From Vicugna vicugna (taxonomy: Eukaryota), in NCBI GenBank assembly GCA_013265495.1, contig MU058636.1:6297741-6361740 (forward strand): 64,000 nt of DNA, read 5' to 3'. Each line of letters begins with the position of its first letter. Position 1 is the stretch's first letter. The position numbers and the translations under genes are program-made. This document shows, one piece after another, positions 49,201-63,629 of this stretch. The notes under the pieces are model-generated. The model made no database searches and was not told the origin of the DNA. It saw nothing but the letters and a program-made list of their open reading frames with translations.

Positions 49201-50089
49201 AGTTGGATGCTGCTTCCACTGAGTAGCTTAGAATCCAGCAGGGAGATAAACAGGCACACCGAGGCCTAAATGTTGTGAGAGAGGTACCTGCAGGTATACG
49301 GGAACACAGGAGACCTAGCTAGAAGGGAGCCTGATGAAGCATTTGGACATGGTGGACATCCAGACAGCAGCCTAATTTATCAGATTTAGGGACTAAGGCT
49401 CCTCTATGCTCCTTTAGCCAGACAGGTTCTAACAGGGCATCCTACCTATATAGCCTAAAGGTGCGAGCTAAACTTCCATGGTGCTCCTTCTTGTTTGAGA
49501 GTAAATTGGAACCGTAAAATAATGTTCATTCATTCATTTATTCATTCAGCTACTCTGAAGTTGCAAGCGTCAGTCAAGGCTAAGGAGTCTACTGAAATGC
49601 CAAGCGCGAGGCAGGAGTTCAGCTGCCCCTTACCCTTCAGGCAGTGACTGAGTCTGACTGAACTGATTAGCATGTATGTCTTTCTCCTTTCTCCAGGTAA
49701 ACCTGCTAGCGTAGACTGTATGTTATTCAAAATATACTTCAAGCAATGAAGTTGGACCAATTCAAATTAAGTAGAGAAACTAAGAAATAACTCCTACAAT
49801 TATAATGTAATTACAATCTATTTAAGAAATGTAAATTACACTGGGATTCCCTACTGGATGCCCTCTGTTGGCCAATTTATTGGACGGCATGATTCAGTCT
49901 GTGGGAGTAGGCCTCCGTATAGCAAATGTGAAGCTTCCTGGCAGATTATCAGTTTATTGTATTCAGGGAACAGCATTCCTTACTAAGTTGTCTCTATCTT
50001 TTGTACAATTAGAGTGATATTCAGGGTATACGACTTATTGGAAGAAAGTTAAGTTTTATGGTTCTCAGAATCCTAAATTCTTTTCTCCC

Positions 50090-50234
50090 TGTAACAATTG
50101 CACTGAGGGTCAGCTTCTCCCCTTTCCCCAGTCCTACTTTTCTCACTTCCTAAGAGTGTATTTCCCAAGAGTATTCCCCAGAAACTTTACCTCTCAAAGT
50201 TTCTCTCTGTTTCCAGGTAACTCAACCTAACACA
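50090..50234 (+). mobile_element. ERVL LTR 3' end (LTR16-like)
   Basis: cccagtcctacttttctcacttcct...tcccaagagtattcccca...ctcaacctaacaca. Confidence 0.45.
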
Positions 50235-51849
50235 TGCTTGTCAGTCAAACTGGTCCCTTTGGGAAGCTTTACACAAATTTTAGTGATTCTGCTCTTGCTC
50301 AGAATCTACTGAGAATTCCATTTGAGAGCCTGTTTTTAGAACCAGAAGCACATTTGGGGGGAGATCTAGCCTAAACTGCCAAATTTTTACCATCTGGGGG
50401 GTATCTCTATATGTGTTTTGGAAACAGCCAAAAGTTATTCTAAGCTGAGTCTGAAAAATAAGGTTTATGATTAGAGTCTACTGTTTAGAATATAAAATTA
50501 GGTGCAGCTAAAATGCATTGGGCATAATTTGCCTAAACAGTGATCAGACTGGTTTGGAAACAATATCTAAAAAGACGCTAAATGTGTTTTTAGCAATGGC
50601 AACATCAGTGAAATAAATGTGTCGCCTCCCAAGGGAGTTACTTAGAATGATAAATCTCATGTCCATGTATAGCTTCCACCATTTTTATTAAAATACCAAA
50701 CTCATCATGTTATAGTTACACTGAAGTTGCAACTATAGTATGCGAGTTCGAGCCTATTACTCCACCTCTAATTATACTTTCAGGACAAAAGAGCTTTATA
50801 GGAAAATATGACTTTAAAACGTAGGTTAGAAGTTCTAAGAAATGAGGGCGTCTAAGAAGCATTTTGTATTTTTCCAATATAAGGATTTGAGCATACTTAT
50901 AGGTTAATGGCAGGGACTGTTTCTTACTCATCTTGTTTACTTATTCACCCCCAGCTCCTAGTCCAGTGCCTGATACATAGTAGACCATTGCGGAATTAAC
51001 AAAATTATTCAATTATAAGAGAAATGCTAGAGACAAGCAGGATTTCTGGGCCCCAGCTAGCAAGAAATACCAGAAATGATAAATAAGATATTGTGAGTAT
51101 AATAATTATAGAATATCTCATATTTGGGTGGCTTATTTCTCATATTCATGGAGCATCCCCTTGTATTTTCCTCCAGCTTCATTTTCCCTTTAGTTATTAA
51201 TTAGCTCGACCCTAAAAGTTTAAAGGATCTATATGTTTGTTTTCAGCAATACCAGAGACTGACTCTTCAGCAAGTCTTAGTAGTAGAAGAACCCAAGAGA
51301 TAAAAGTGGGTGGAAGTCACTGCAAAGAGGAGAGGAAGACTCAGGAATCCCGGGGCCTGGGAGTGGAAGGGGGTGGTGTAAGGAGCCACCCCAGCCTGAA
51401 ATAGGACCCAGGATTCAAAGAAGGAAATGCTCACGGCTCACCAAACAAGAAGCACTGATGTAGCAACAACTGACAGCATATGGTTATGTCAAAAAAAGAG
51501 CTGACAATTTGTGCCATGCGGCATAAGGGCAGAGATGGTTACAGACTGGAAGAATAGTCACGAGAGATAAAGAGAAAGAGAGCTGTGGTTTGAAAGAAAG
51601 ATTATCAGATCAAGGATTGAATAGGAAATGCTAGAGGAAGAAAGCATTCTCAGCAGCAAGAGTGTAAGTGAAGGCTCAGAGGCAGAAAGAGCTTTGACTT
51701 CAGTGGCCACCCCATAGTCATCACATCCTGCTCACAAGTGATTGATAAAAGGTACTGTGGGCCTGCTGGGCCAGATCTGGGCCAGGCACCGGGAACGTTT
51801 AGATGTGGATACATGAGTGTTCCCTCCAGAGTTTTCACAGCAGGGCTGC

Positions 51850-52460
51850 AGAGAGAAAACCAACACACACAATACTATTAACCCTAAACATTGTACCAAT
51901 TATCTGGGAACAGAAACTCAGAGAATTAAGAGATAAATCTGAGACAGACTCATAGAGGAAAGACCGCAAGCTAAGCCTTGAAAGGTGATCAGGATTTTGA
52001 TAGGTTGCTGGGAACAGAAGAAAGAACATCAGGCTGGTCAAAGACAAGCATGATTTGTGTTATGCTGGACAGAAAGGGCATGTTGGATAGTATGGGGAAT
52101 TACAATTGAACATATGAGTATGGGGGTCAAATTACAGAGGGCTTTAAAAGAACAAGAGGACGTGGATTTGGTGTGGTAGATGATGAAGAGTCGCTTCACG
52201 GATGGGCTGCAGTTGGGAGAGACTAAAGCCAGAACTACCCACCAGTAGGCAGCTACATTTACCCAGATCAAAATCGATGTGCACCTAGAGTAGGGGGCAG
52301 AAATGGCAATGGAAAAGGGGAGATGCCAACAAACATTTCAAAAAGCCCAGCAGAGTGATAAATTAAATAGAGATGGATCCAAAGTGATGCTGCTCACAGA
52401 AACTAGACCACTGGGAAGAGCACTCAGGCTAGAAAATATATGGTAAGCTTGGTTTAAAAT
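51850..52460 (-). mobile_element. L2 fragment
   Basis: agctaagccttgaaagg...ggtcaaattacagagggcttta...gcaatggaaa; purine-rich reverse L2. Confidence 0.55.
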
Positions 52461-52689
52461 TCCTGCAATGTGGCAAGGACAGAGCTCTGGAGTGGAAAGG
52501 TCTGCACTCTTACCTCAATCTCAGAGGCTCCTTAGAGATCAGAGTCTTCAGCACTTCTCCTCTGTGACTCAGCTAGTCCCTGGTGCCATTCAGTTGCTCT
52601 GCACAAAGCTTATGCATCATTTTTTGGTAAACAATGGTAAACAATCAGGTAAATAGTATCCATCATTCGGTTCATTACAGCACATCCAC

Positions 52690-52890
52690 CACGTTCGAAG
52701 TACTGAGCCAGACTCTTGCTCTAGTTTATCCCACTTCATTTAAACACTAACCCAATGTCAAAGATGTTGTTCACCCCATTTTACAGAAAAGAAAACTAAC
52801 AGGTTCAGGGAGGCTGAATTACAAATTCACGAAACTCATAAAAATGGAGCAACAATTCTAACCTAGTTATTTTTTAATCCGAAGCCTATA
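52690..52890 (-). mobile_element. MIR SINE
   Basis: caccccattttacagaaaagaaaact. Confidence 0.6.
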
Positions 52891-53254
52891 TGGTCTTTCA
52901 TTAAGACGCACACACACACACACACAAAGCGCTGGTAAAAACACAATAAAGATAACTGCATATGATGTGATTTAAAATATATTCTGAGAACACAGATGAG
53001 GGGGAAGCAATTATTTGGTCAAAAGTTCTACAGTTTCATTCTTGAGAACTACAAAGACCTAAATGGCCACCATCTAGTCTTAAGAATTTTTTGACATCTA
53101 AGTCTTTAGATTCAGAAGATCTGTCACATTTATCATTAACCATTTTAATAGCACTAATCTGTTTCAACAGATAATTTAAAAGTTAAACCTCATTACTTCT
53201 TCATCAGTAAAATCAAAATAATATATATCTCAGTACAAAAGGGGAAAGGGCGAT

Positions 53255-53903
53255 TTTTAAAGGAATAAATGCAAATGGTCAAAAACTTAATGAGTAAATA
53301 TACAACATCATTAATAATAAAAGCCATTGAAATCATAGGAGATATCATTTTTCATCTTCCAAATAGCACAGAATTTTTTTAAGAATCCAATTGATGAAAA
53401 TCATCATTCTCATCTGTATCTTGTTGATTAAAGTATAAACTGATATTATCTTTCTAGAGGACAAGTTGGAAGTACAAATTCAAAATAATCAGAATAAACA
53501 AACTTTGTGGCTCAGGAATTTCTTACATACAAGTATATTCCACAATGTTATTTAAAGTAGTGAAAAAATTTAGACAGCCTAGTGTCTGACAATAATTAAT
53601 GATTAAACAAAGTTAAAGGTAGCATACACTAGAATACACACAGTCGTTTAAAAAAATCAAATTGTGGGAGAACAGAAAATGACTTGGAGAAATTATTATA
53701 GAACATCATTAAATAAAGAAAAGCATAACTCAAAATAATTTCACACTACAATTTAATTTTGTTGAGTCTGACCTAAAGCTTCACATTAAATCTTAACAAA
53801 GATTCTTTTTGAGTAACAGGATTATATTTCCTTCCCTGTGCTTTTTCATGACTCCTTAATTTCCTACAATGAACATCTATGGTTTTTATTATCACAAAAA
53901 AGT
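53255..53903 (+). mobile_element. ancient L1 (L1ME-like) 3' fragment
   Basis: gcaaatggtcaaaaac...gatatcatttttcatc...gtgaaaaaatttagacagcctagtgtc...ttcctacaatgaacat. Confidence 0.6.
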
Positions 53904-54184
53904 CATGTAAAAATTTAATTCTGTTAAATTATCTATTATGCATAGCAGGGAAGCCAGGAACCAATCTACTTCTACAGAAGGACAGCTGCTCCCTCTCTTC
54001 TTTCTCCAGAACATCCCAAGCCCTCTCTAATGCCTCTCCTTACCTTCCAGAGGAGCACAGCTTTCTGAGCCGTGCACAGCTGCTTACAGCCGTTGTCCTC
54101 ATCACAGACCTTTCTACAAGAATGCAGTGTCTTGGCATTCTCCCCTTGGGTCAGATTTTCATCTTCTCCAAATTAATCCATTAA

Positions 54185-55960
54185 CTCATTTTTGAATTAA
54201 GCAGTTATTGAACATCTGCTCTGTGCCAGGCCATGTACTAGATGCCCATGAAACAAAGTAAAGTAGGACACAGTTCTGTTACAGAGTCAGACGTGAATAG
54301 GTCGTGCATGTACTGTGACTGAGTATAATGGACACACGGAGAAAGAAATTCAAAATCAGAGACAGAAGGGGAAGGAAAGCAAGGAAGAATGTTTGGAGGC
54401 AGTGACACTGATGCTGGGGAAAAAAAAAAGGCGCTATTTAGGTCAATAACTCAGGGAAAGATAATCCAGGCAAAGGGAAGGCCTGTGTAAGGCACAAGGT
54501 GAGGAAGAGCATCGTATATTCTGGGAACCTCAAGGATCTCCATTTGGCTAGAGTACAATGTACAAGGGCAAGTGTCAGAAAACTAGGCTGAAAGAGGATG
54601 TTCCGAAATGTGTCACATGGACTATCACAACTCTGAAGTCATCCTTGGAAAAAAAGATTTCTTGACCAAACAATTTTGAGAAACACTGTATGGTTCACCC
54701 ACCTCTGCCACATTAACAGTGAACAGAACCCTTCTCTCCGTTTCTCCCAGGATTCCTAGAAACGCACCTCAGGAAACACTAAACAGAGAAATGAGAAGAG
54801 TCCAGAACATAAAGGCTTTGGGTAGTAAACTAAGGAACTGGCCTTTACCCTGACAGCCCTGAGGAGCCGTGACAGCTTCCAAAGGAGTCACATGAGCAGC
54901 TTTGTGATTCAGAAAGTTCCACCACGGCAGCCTTAACGAGCATTGTGGTAAAAGGAGAAAGAGAAGAGACGGAAATCAGTTCTCAGGAGGCTGTTAAGGT
55001 GATCAAGAATACATCCTGAAACTAAAGCTAAATGATAAAGAATAAATTGTGGATAAGAGAGAATTTGACCTCCGGCAGAATATAAGACTTAATAACAGAA
55101 ACACGGTGGAGCCAGAATAAAGTTTATGACAGGAAAATGTCTAAGATGTTTTAAGCTGTCTCTCAGTTTCTTTCTAGAGTCACTGGGGGAGGCAAAAGTA
55201 GGTCTGGAGAAAAAAGCAATAAACTCTTGGACTTGTCTCACATATGACAGGGAATATGAGTCTGGAGGTCAGCAGAAAGATCTAAATAGACTGTGCATCT
55301 CAGGGGGTCACTAGAAAATCAGTAATACAGGAACCACGGGCTTCAGTAGGAAATACTTACACGGAGGAGAGTACAGGTTCAAGGACGTAGTCCTCAGAGA
55401 CACTAAAGTTTGGCTAGCAATAGTGAATCTATAAAAGTGGTAAGGAGAGGCCAGAGAGAAAGGATGAAAACCTCAAGAGAAATGCCAACAGAGCCGATGA
55501 AGGACAGTTTTAAATGGAGGTCATGGCCTCTAGGATCAAATGGCAGGGAGATCTAGTGGGATATGAATATTGGCTCTGGCTCAGCCTTCTCAGAGCAGGT
55601 GGCATCGGAAGTCAGAGCACAGGGTAAGAGTGAAATAAAAGACACAGAGAGCAAGGTGGGCTTGCCCTCTAAAGAGCTGACAGAGAAGGCAGTTGGTGCT
55701 CAAGAAGATGTCTGTTTTGACTCTCACTTGGGAGATAACTGAGTATTTGTTTCTACGTTAAGAGTTGGTGGGAGGCACGGGATGGGGGAATGTCACTAGG
55801 AAAGGGAGGTTCAAGAAAAAAGAGGTGGTTGATAGAGGGGTCTCTGGGGTGTGCAGGGTATGGGATTCACAGTGCAGATGCCGGACACTCCTCTGAATTT
55901 GGGAGGAGGTGAGGAGCTCATAGGTATCAGGGAACGGATTTTAAAATGTTCTCCCCCGAT
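54185..55960 (-). mobile_element. long L2 fragment, interrupted by a MER103C-like element
   Basis: ttattgaacatctgctctgtgccagg...ggaggcagtgacactgatgctg...tccaggcaaagggaag...ggagtcacatgagcagctttgtg. Confidence 0.65.
54596..54781. mobile_element. hAT-Charlie MER103C-like (internally deleted)
   Basis: gttccgaaatgtgtcacatgga...aaaaaagatttcttgaccaaacaattttgagaaacactg...agaaccctt...ggaaacact. Confidence 0.55.
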
Positions 55961-57379
55961 GACTTCAGCTTATCCAAAGCAAAGTTTTGTAAAAGGTACC
56001 TGGAAAGCATGAAGGGTTTCATGGAAGAAGGTTAGGTTTCAGAGAAGAGTCAGTTCAGCACCCAGAATCACAAGAAAGACTCCAGGAATGTCAAATCTAT
56101 CTTTAAAGCTTCTCGAATTGAAATCGTCTCAGTAGTTTTTAAAATGTTGATATTAAGACATATGAGCACAATTATCAAGGAAAAGTTCGTTAGGTATAAA
56201 GCTGTGCCTATTTATGTCAGGGGGATGCATTTTGGTGCACTTTTTTTTTAATAAGAACTTTTTCTTAGGCATGGAGATTTGGAGAAAGGTGTATGTCAGA
56301 ACTTAGCAAATGTCCCTTTTACTTTTTCCTCCCCCAAATCTGGGATCATTTAAGGTTTAAGAAAATCACTAATACAGAGACTACACTTTTCAGTTACTAC
56401 TCTTGTTAATACTACTTTCAAATTTCCATGTAATAAAATGAAGTGCTATCAGTTCCTAGTGGGGCAATAATGTTTCTTCATTTTCATCATTGACTTCCCT
56501 TTAAAAGACTCTATCTGAGATAATTTAAAAATTAAGATATTGACTAGGTGAGTGTAGGGAGAGGATGCATACCATCTGACATCATAGCAAAAATCTAATC
56601 AACCAGGTGGATTCTTACACCATGGCCTGAGGACAGGAAAAAAAAAAAGCAACAAAAACAAATCCACACCTGGAGTAAAAATGCTAAGCCCATTTAAGAG
56701 TTATTTTTGGTTCCTTGATTACAGTAAAATGTCATAAGTACATATGTTTCAAAGAGAAACAAATGCACAGTTTGAAGGCAAATCAAGTAAGGCAGGGCTT
56801 CTAAAACTGGCCGCCACCTCTTCTCACCCATCCTTAGGTAACTGAGTGCTTCATTCTAAAGGCAGCATGATACCGGCAGCTGAGCTGGACAGGTGCAGAC
56901 CCAGAATCCAAGCATAAGGGAAAGACCTGAGGAAGTCAGCGTGAGAAGACCAGGGGCTCCAGGGAGACTTCAGGGCTCCACAGTTCAGATCTGTTCACTC
57001 TCCCAAGATTCTGACATAACCGAAAACAGCCATTGCAACCTACATATTTTTAAACTGAATTTGTCCTCTTTGGCCTATGTTGATAGCCTTATCTACTTAA
57101 TTTACTGTCTATCGCCTTTTATCTCTACGTTATTCAGAATTCACAGGGAAGTGAACAATTTAGAGAAAAACTTTAAGACAAAAGAAATAAGCACCACTTA
57201 ATTTATCAAGTCTGTAAATTTACATTTTCACATACTTTATTAAAGTTGTTTCAGGAGAGGTTTATCTGTAATTGTAAGTGCTTTGGAGCTGGCACCTCAT
57301 CTTCACATCTGCTTTGCACTAAAACTTTTTGGAAGACTGTCTTCCTCCAGTATGAATGAGAAGGCTATAGTATCAGGTT

Positions 57380-57825
57380 TGAAAATGTCATGAAAAACCA
57401 TGAATGTCTAGGCAGCCAGAAATACATCCTTACTCATGCCTCATGAGGAGTCTGCCAAGATGTTGCTGTCATTGCCGCTGGTCACACTGCACATCGCCGT
57501 CACAGGCACAGACACTGTGACCGATACTGAATATGGAATGTTGCTACCATGGAACTCTGCAACCTTACCCAGGGTACCATGGCCACCACCACAGCAAGAC
57601 ATCTTAGTCATCCCCACCTGTTTACATTGCAGCCTCTGGATTCAGTACCCTGGTGAAGACAAGGGATGGACCAGGCATGGACCAGGCATATTCATTTGTT
57701 CACTTTCTAGCAGCCAAGTAGCTGGGAAGGGGATTATCTGCCTCCCTTCTTCTTCTATGGGATTCTCTCCTAGCAGGAAAGCCAGGTGGATGTCGGGTAG
57801 CTAGCTAATCCAACAATATCCACCA
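57380..57825 (-). mobile_element. old MaLR LTR (MLT1M/N-like)
   Basis: gcagccaagtagctgggaaggggattatctg...atgggattctc...aatatccacca. Confidence 0.4.
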
Positions 57826-59420
57826 TGGGTTACTCATCTGCATCCTGTAAGTGTGTCTAAAAACTGTTCTTGGGGATGAGGTAGAGCTGTCTTTTTATGT
57901 TAAAAAAAAATAGGTAGGGATTTTGTTGCAGAAAATGAGTGAGAAAATGCTAGATCTCTTTGCTTTTTAATGCCTCAAATGTATTTCCAAACAACACTGC
58001 AAAGAGATGTTGATTGTATGGAAACTTTTTGGAAGAGAAATAAAGGCCAAGTTTCACATTCTGAGCAATCTTCATAATTTGCACACTAAGCAGAAAACAA
58101 AGATGCAGTTACTTTATTAGAATAAAGGCTTAATGAGCTAACGTGTAATAAGTTAGCCCCTGTAGAGCTTGAAAAGAGAGAATGGAGCAGCTATTACACT
58201 CCCAGCTCCACCCCTACTCTTGGGAAGCGTTAAGGCCTCAGGCAGACTTTCGTGGAGAGGACATTCAGGAGATGTGCTCAATCTGACCCGCCTCAGCCGA
58301 GGATTGAAAAGTAAGAGCCACAGTTGTACATTCAATGAGACAGTCAAATATCTCTATGGTCCCTGTATTCATTTGTTCATTCACTTGTTCATGTATTCAG
58401 TGACACATATTAAATGTGTTTTCCATGTTGCGCATCATGCCATGCGTTGGCGAGTAAGGTGGACTCACCCTTCTCCAGTCTCTGTATGGCGATGGCCCTG
58501 GTTTAAGATGACAATTAAAAGAGTGTGATGAAGGTGGCATAAGGCATCAACAGTTTCTTCTTTGGAATTTTTCTTATTAAAGAATGATCATACTTGAATA
58601 GTATTTTATAAATCTCCCTAAGGGCTTTGTCCTGTGCCAGACACTAACTGAAACATTGGTCACTGAATTGCAGAACTCACATTCGAAAGTAGTCTACACT
58701 GACATGGATTTGCTACAGAAAAGGAAAATGAAACAGCCACAATCAAAAGAGCTAATCTACAAATACAACTGGTCTGTGATGCAAGAAGGAACTGATCTAT
58801 AGTGCAAAGCTAAGCGAAACTAAACTAATAATGATGATAATGCCTGCTAATGTTCAGCGGGTGCTTCCTACATTCCTACATTATTCTAAACTATTCTGTC
58901 ATATCATTCCATCTTCACTGCCACCCTATGAGGTACGGAGTGAAAATATTCAGTGCCCTGCCTTCCAATGTTAAAGCTGGAAGGTTGAGCCACACTGACT
59001 CTACATTTAACCACATTAATGAAAAAAGGAGAACTTTAAGCCAGTGTTGATGGCTTAGAGGGTGGTGTGCTGAGCCCAGAGACGTGAAAGGCAAGAGAGC
59101 CAGAAAATGTGATCCATGAATTGCCATGGCTGAAAAGAAAGAGAAGTACTGTGAGATAAGAAAAACTAGACAACACAGAGAGCTCAGCTATGCCTGGAAA
59201 TAAAGGTAAGAAAGAAGGGTCCATGGAGAAAGTGATAGGGATTCATCATTTGGACCGAACCAGAAAAGAGACTAGCGAGACAGTAAGCGAAGAGAGAAAT
59301 GTGGCTGGTGTGGTTCTGCGGAGGCTTGAGTGCTAGAGGTGAGAAATTTGTGTACATGCAGTCACATGAGGCACATATGCTGGGTATGGGTAGGTGTATT
59401 TGTGCATCAAGATTAAATGG

Positions 59421-59485
59421 GGAAGCAGAAACTAACACAACATTGTAAATCAACTATACCTCACTTAATTTTTTAAAATTAAAAA
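59421..59485 (+). mobile_element. severely 5'-truncated L1 3' tip
   Basis: gcagaaactaacacaacattgtaaatcaactatacctca matches the L1 3' end at ~15080-15120; TSD aagattaaatgg 59409-59420 / 59486-59497. Confidence 0.85.
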
Positions 59486-59509
59486 AAGATTAAATGGTGG
59501 AGGAAATAT

Positions 59510-59692
59510 AGGTTTAATTTAATGTTCTGTCATACATTCTTGCATGACCTTAGAAAAAGTCTTCAAAATGAGATTTACTTTCCACAGCTGTAAAATGGGG
59601 ACAAACAGCTACATTTCAGGGTTAAAACCATCAAGCATAAGTAACAGAGCCTAGTCTATAGTGCCTGTTCACTGAATGGTGTCTATCATTAA
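59510..59692 (+). mobile_element. MIR SINE
   Basis: gcatgaccttag...ctgtaaaatggggacaa...agtgcctg. Confidence 0.6.
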
Positions 59693-62600
59693 TACTCCCC
59701 CTTAAGTGTTTCCTACTTTTCTGAAGTGTGTTTCTATCCAGCACTACCTCACATGTGCCTTCATACAAATGTGATACTGTGAAAAGATCATTAAGAAGTT
59801 GCATGATATGCCAGCATGCATTACGAGTACCCCTGGCCCCCCTGGACACCTGCTCAATGAGATTCAGCCTCCTATTTCAACTTTTCTCTAAGTTATTTTA
59901 GATCCACCATTCTGATTCTTAATAGCTTGTTTGCATCACCCTATAAGTGATTCAAAAGTGCCTAATATTTCAGACCTTATCCTTTAGAAATTTAAATTTG
60001 GAAAGGTCATAGTGACAAGACAGACTATTTTACTGGGGTCAGAAATGCAGGGCTCATTAAAAACTAGAAGATCCACGTGGGTGGACATAAAAGAGAAAAA
60101 CCTGAGACAGAGCCAAGACTCGCTAATGAGCCACTGTCTGCTGCCTTCTTCCCCAGCCTGCTGCCTGCTGACAAGGCTGGGCTGGTCCAGGTTCTAGATC
60201 TTTCTGATATGGAATCTGGAGAATGGGTTGAGAGGGACTGAACAGGAGATTGAGAGGGAACCTGTAAGAAGAAGCGAAAGGTTTCACAGTGTACACAGTA
60301 AAGGGCTCAGGCAGGGTAGGGCAGAAGAAGAAAACCCTGCTAGGCTGAGCAGTGAGGGAAGGTTTGGAGTTTGTTATGGGAAAGGCTGGGGGCTGGGAGA
60401 AAGGAAAAGGAGAGTCCAATGTGGAATCGGATCCCGTTAAAAGTTCTTTCAAAGATGCAGGTAGAAAGTGGATTTCTTTTTTTATTTCTATTTGGACACA
60501 GACTGAGCCTCTCCAACGTGGCCTCCTTAAGGAAACAGAAACCAGTGTTCTATCAGGGTTACGTAAGAAAACGGAACGTGAGTTAATTAGTGTTTAGTGT
60601 AAGCTGGGCCGTTCAAGAACCCTAGAGGTTCCAACTCTCTGATTCCACAGGCTGAAGCCGGCCACCAGCAAGGGTGAACCCTGGGGATTGCATCTCTTTC
60701 CAGGTCATTACCCTGACCTACTCTTGGACAGCATTAAACCTAGCTTCCTGATTCAACCATGCAGTCTCAGCCCGAGCCTTGTGTCCTAACCGCAGCCTCT
60801 AAATTGCATTCAAATCTGACTCTGCTGGTTTTCAAAAATCAGCTTCCTTGCCTCTTTGACTGGCTCTCATCCTTCTGGTCTCAACTGCTCAGGATTGGTC
60901 TAGACATGATCCCATGTTCTTCCTCAGACCACATTTACCTTGGCCCTCAGGTGCTCAGATAACGCGGATGTTTTAATTAACCAAGGAAGGCCTTATCAAG
61001 GCAAGAGAATTTCATAAACTATTAGAATGAAGGCTTGGAAATTTTAAGGAGAGATCAGGACACAACTGTAAAACAATTTCGTTGATCTAAACTTGAATTT
61101 ACGTGGTTGCTTAGAGGTTAGAATGGACTGCGAATGGGGCTCTGGGCAAACTTGCCTTAAAATGAAAGTGAAAGCTAGTGAGGAGGAAACACCAAGAAAG
61201 AATTCATATTCTGGTTCCTCTAGAAGTGGTTCTTTTCCTGAATTTATATGCATTCCACTTCTTTCTGGGAACTTTGTTCCTTGGCTTAGAGAGCAGTAGG
61301 TGAATGAGCCCCATTTTCCACCCCCATCAAAACACCAGGTGATGAATTAAGCCAAGAGCTGGATTGTCTTTGGGTCTGGCTGAAAGAGATAGCAGGCTGG
61401 AGAAAATGCAACAGCTGTCTTCCATTTTTCTACAGAACTCCTGCTGGAACAATTTTTTTTTGCTTTTCTTTTTATTTAAAAATTTTGCCAATACGCTGCA
61501 GCTCTGCCTGCCCATCCTTTAGCCAGGCGTTCTGTGTGGGAGTGATTGAAGTGGGCAATTCGATTCTCCCCTTAGTTCCTCTTCATTTTCCTTTGGTAGA
61601 CATTTATTTCTCCACTGTGCAATAAAACAGGATTTTTGAACAGGAGGAAAAAAAAACTCATTTCATTTTATCCTATTTGGATTTCAGATACATCATGAAG
61701 ATGCGTGTTCCCTGATACACTGATGATTTTTGACAGGAAAACAGAAGAAGCATTTTAATGAGGGAGCATGAGCAAAAAATGCAAATATTCCCTCAGTCTT
61801 CGGTTTGCCTTATGGGGTTGCTGGGACCCTTAATCATTCTGCCCCATGTATGTCACAAGTGAAACAGAAAAATGTTCAAAACCGTTTCCCAATATCCTAA
61901 TTATAAGCGTTCGACATTGAACTCTCAGCTGCACATAAATGTCACATCAAAGTGTATTCATCCATTCATTCCTAACTTTGTCAATGACTGTGCCAAAACG
62001 CAAATAAGTCTTTTCCCCCTACCAGGAGTGCACACGTGCTCAGTCAATGTTCTCCCGTCAAACGCCACATTTTATCGTTCCTCCTCTTACTCTGTCCAAC
62101 AAGAAGTACATACTTCTCTTAAGTGCTAGGACGTTTAATGAGAATGCAATGCTCTTGGCTGGATACTTCCACACGACACGTATCTTTACTAAGGAGAGAA
62201 ATGGAACTTGACTGTCCCAGCCCCTAAAGCACTCTGACGTCTGAAATCACAATTCACAGATTTTAAATGCTTTCCTGTTGAGACCGACATGTATTTTATG
62301 AATCTGCTATGGTTTTGTTGCCTTTAATTTCCCAAATCTGCTTGGGGCACCAGCAAATGAGACCTAAATTTAAATCCAATAAACAGATATTTCCATCTTA
62401 AATTACCAGGGCCAATTTAAAGAAATCACAGAGGAGATGCACTGCTGCTTGTCAGCTGGTCTCCTCTTTGTAGAGCTGGCTGGTCACGTCGTCCCCCACT
62501 TCGGAAGAGAATCGCGTGAACAAGAGGGTGACCTGGCTAAGTCTAGATATCATTGTTTTAGCACCTGATGCTCCCTGTACGTTCACGCTGTGTAAATGTC

Positions 62601-63629
62601 CATTTCCCTGTGCTTAGCAGTCTCTCCATGGCCCACTGGAGGCACCTGACTGAGGATCATCCCTGCAGCCTACAAAGAGAGGGCAGTGCTCAGTCACATG
62701 CAAGCATCCTTCAGGTTCTCTGAAGCTGCAGGTACCACCCACGAAGAGCTGAAGCATATATATTATAAATAAGGAACTTACCTTCCTTCCTGGGAGGTCA
62801 TCATTGTACAAATGAAATCACACACAGACTACTGATGGAGTGAATCCCTGATCTCAGCCCGACTTCCTCCTGCTACCACTCTACCCTAGGTGACCACATC
62901 TTCTAATATCAGTCCCGCTGTGCGTAGGGAATATAAATCAATTCAAATCTAAGCCCAAAATAAACAATTGCTAGGGTAAACCTGCTGCCAAAATTACTCT
63001 GAAACAAATAGCACCCAACACAATGCTTCGCCTGGAAGACTTTTGATAAGCATGCAGTGAATCAGCAAACATTTTAAAATAAATGAATACTAATGGTTTT
63101 TGCATTCATCCGTGGTTTGGTTTATCTGTCATATTAGAGTCCTCCCTTCTACTGCTTAGGTCATTGAAAACATACTAAAATTTGAGATGCCCTAAGAGGA
63201 CACAAAATCAGAATTAGAATGTTGGGAAGGAAAACGGATTATCTGCTTCACAAAAATCTGTGTGTTGTCTCTTACAGGGCTCTCTTTTTTATGTTCATAA
63301 GCAAGGTTAGAGAACTCTAGAGAGCAATCAGAATGTCCTGTACTATTCAGTGGTTCTAATTTTTTTCTGTAAAAGGTACAAAGGAAATATTATTAAATGC
63401 TTACAATGTGCCTTTGCTTTCACGTACATTGTCTCATCTGGCACTCAAAACAACGCTGGGAAGTATAATATTATTCTCACTTTAAAGAAAATGAGCTGAG
63501 ACTCAGAACAGTTAAGTCGAAGAACCATTTTAAAAATAGTCCCCCAAATGGCAAAACTGGCCATGCTCAGCATTTGTGGAAATTACGTTTGTACAGACGA
63601 CACATGCCCGTGAGAGTTCCTGGTGATAT

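Noticed and set aside
62776..62860. Strong minus-strand donor aag|gtaagt
   Set aside because: No matching acceptor with a pyrimidine tract nearby; isolated donors are common by chance.
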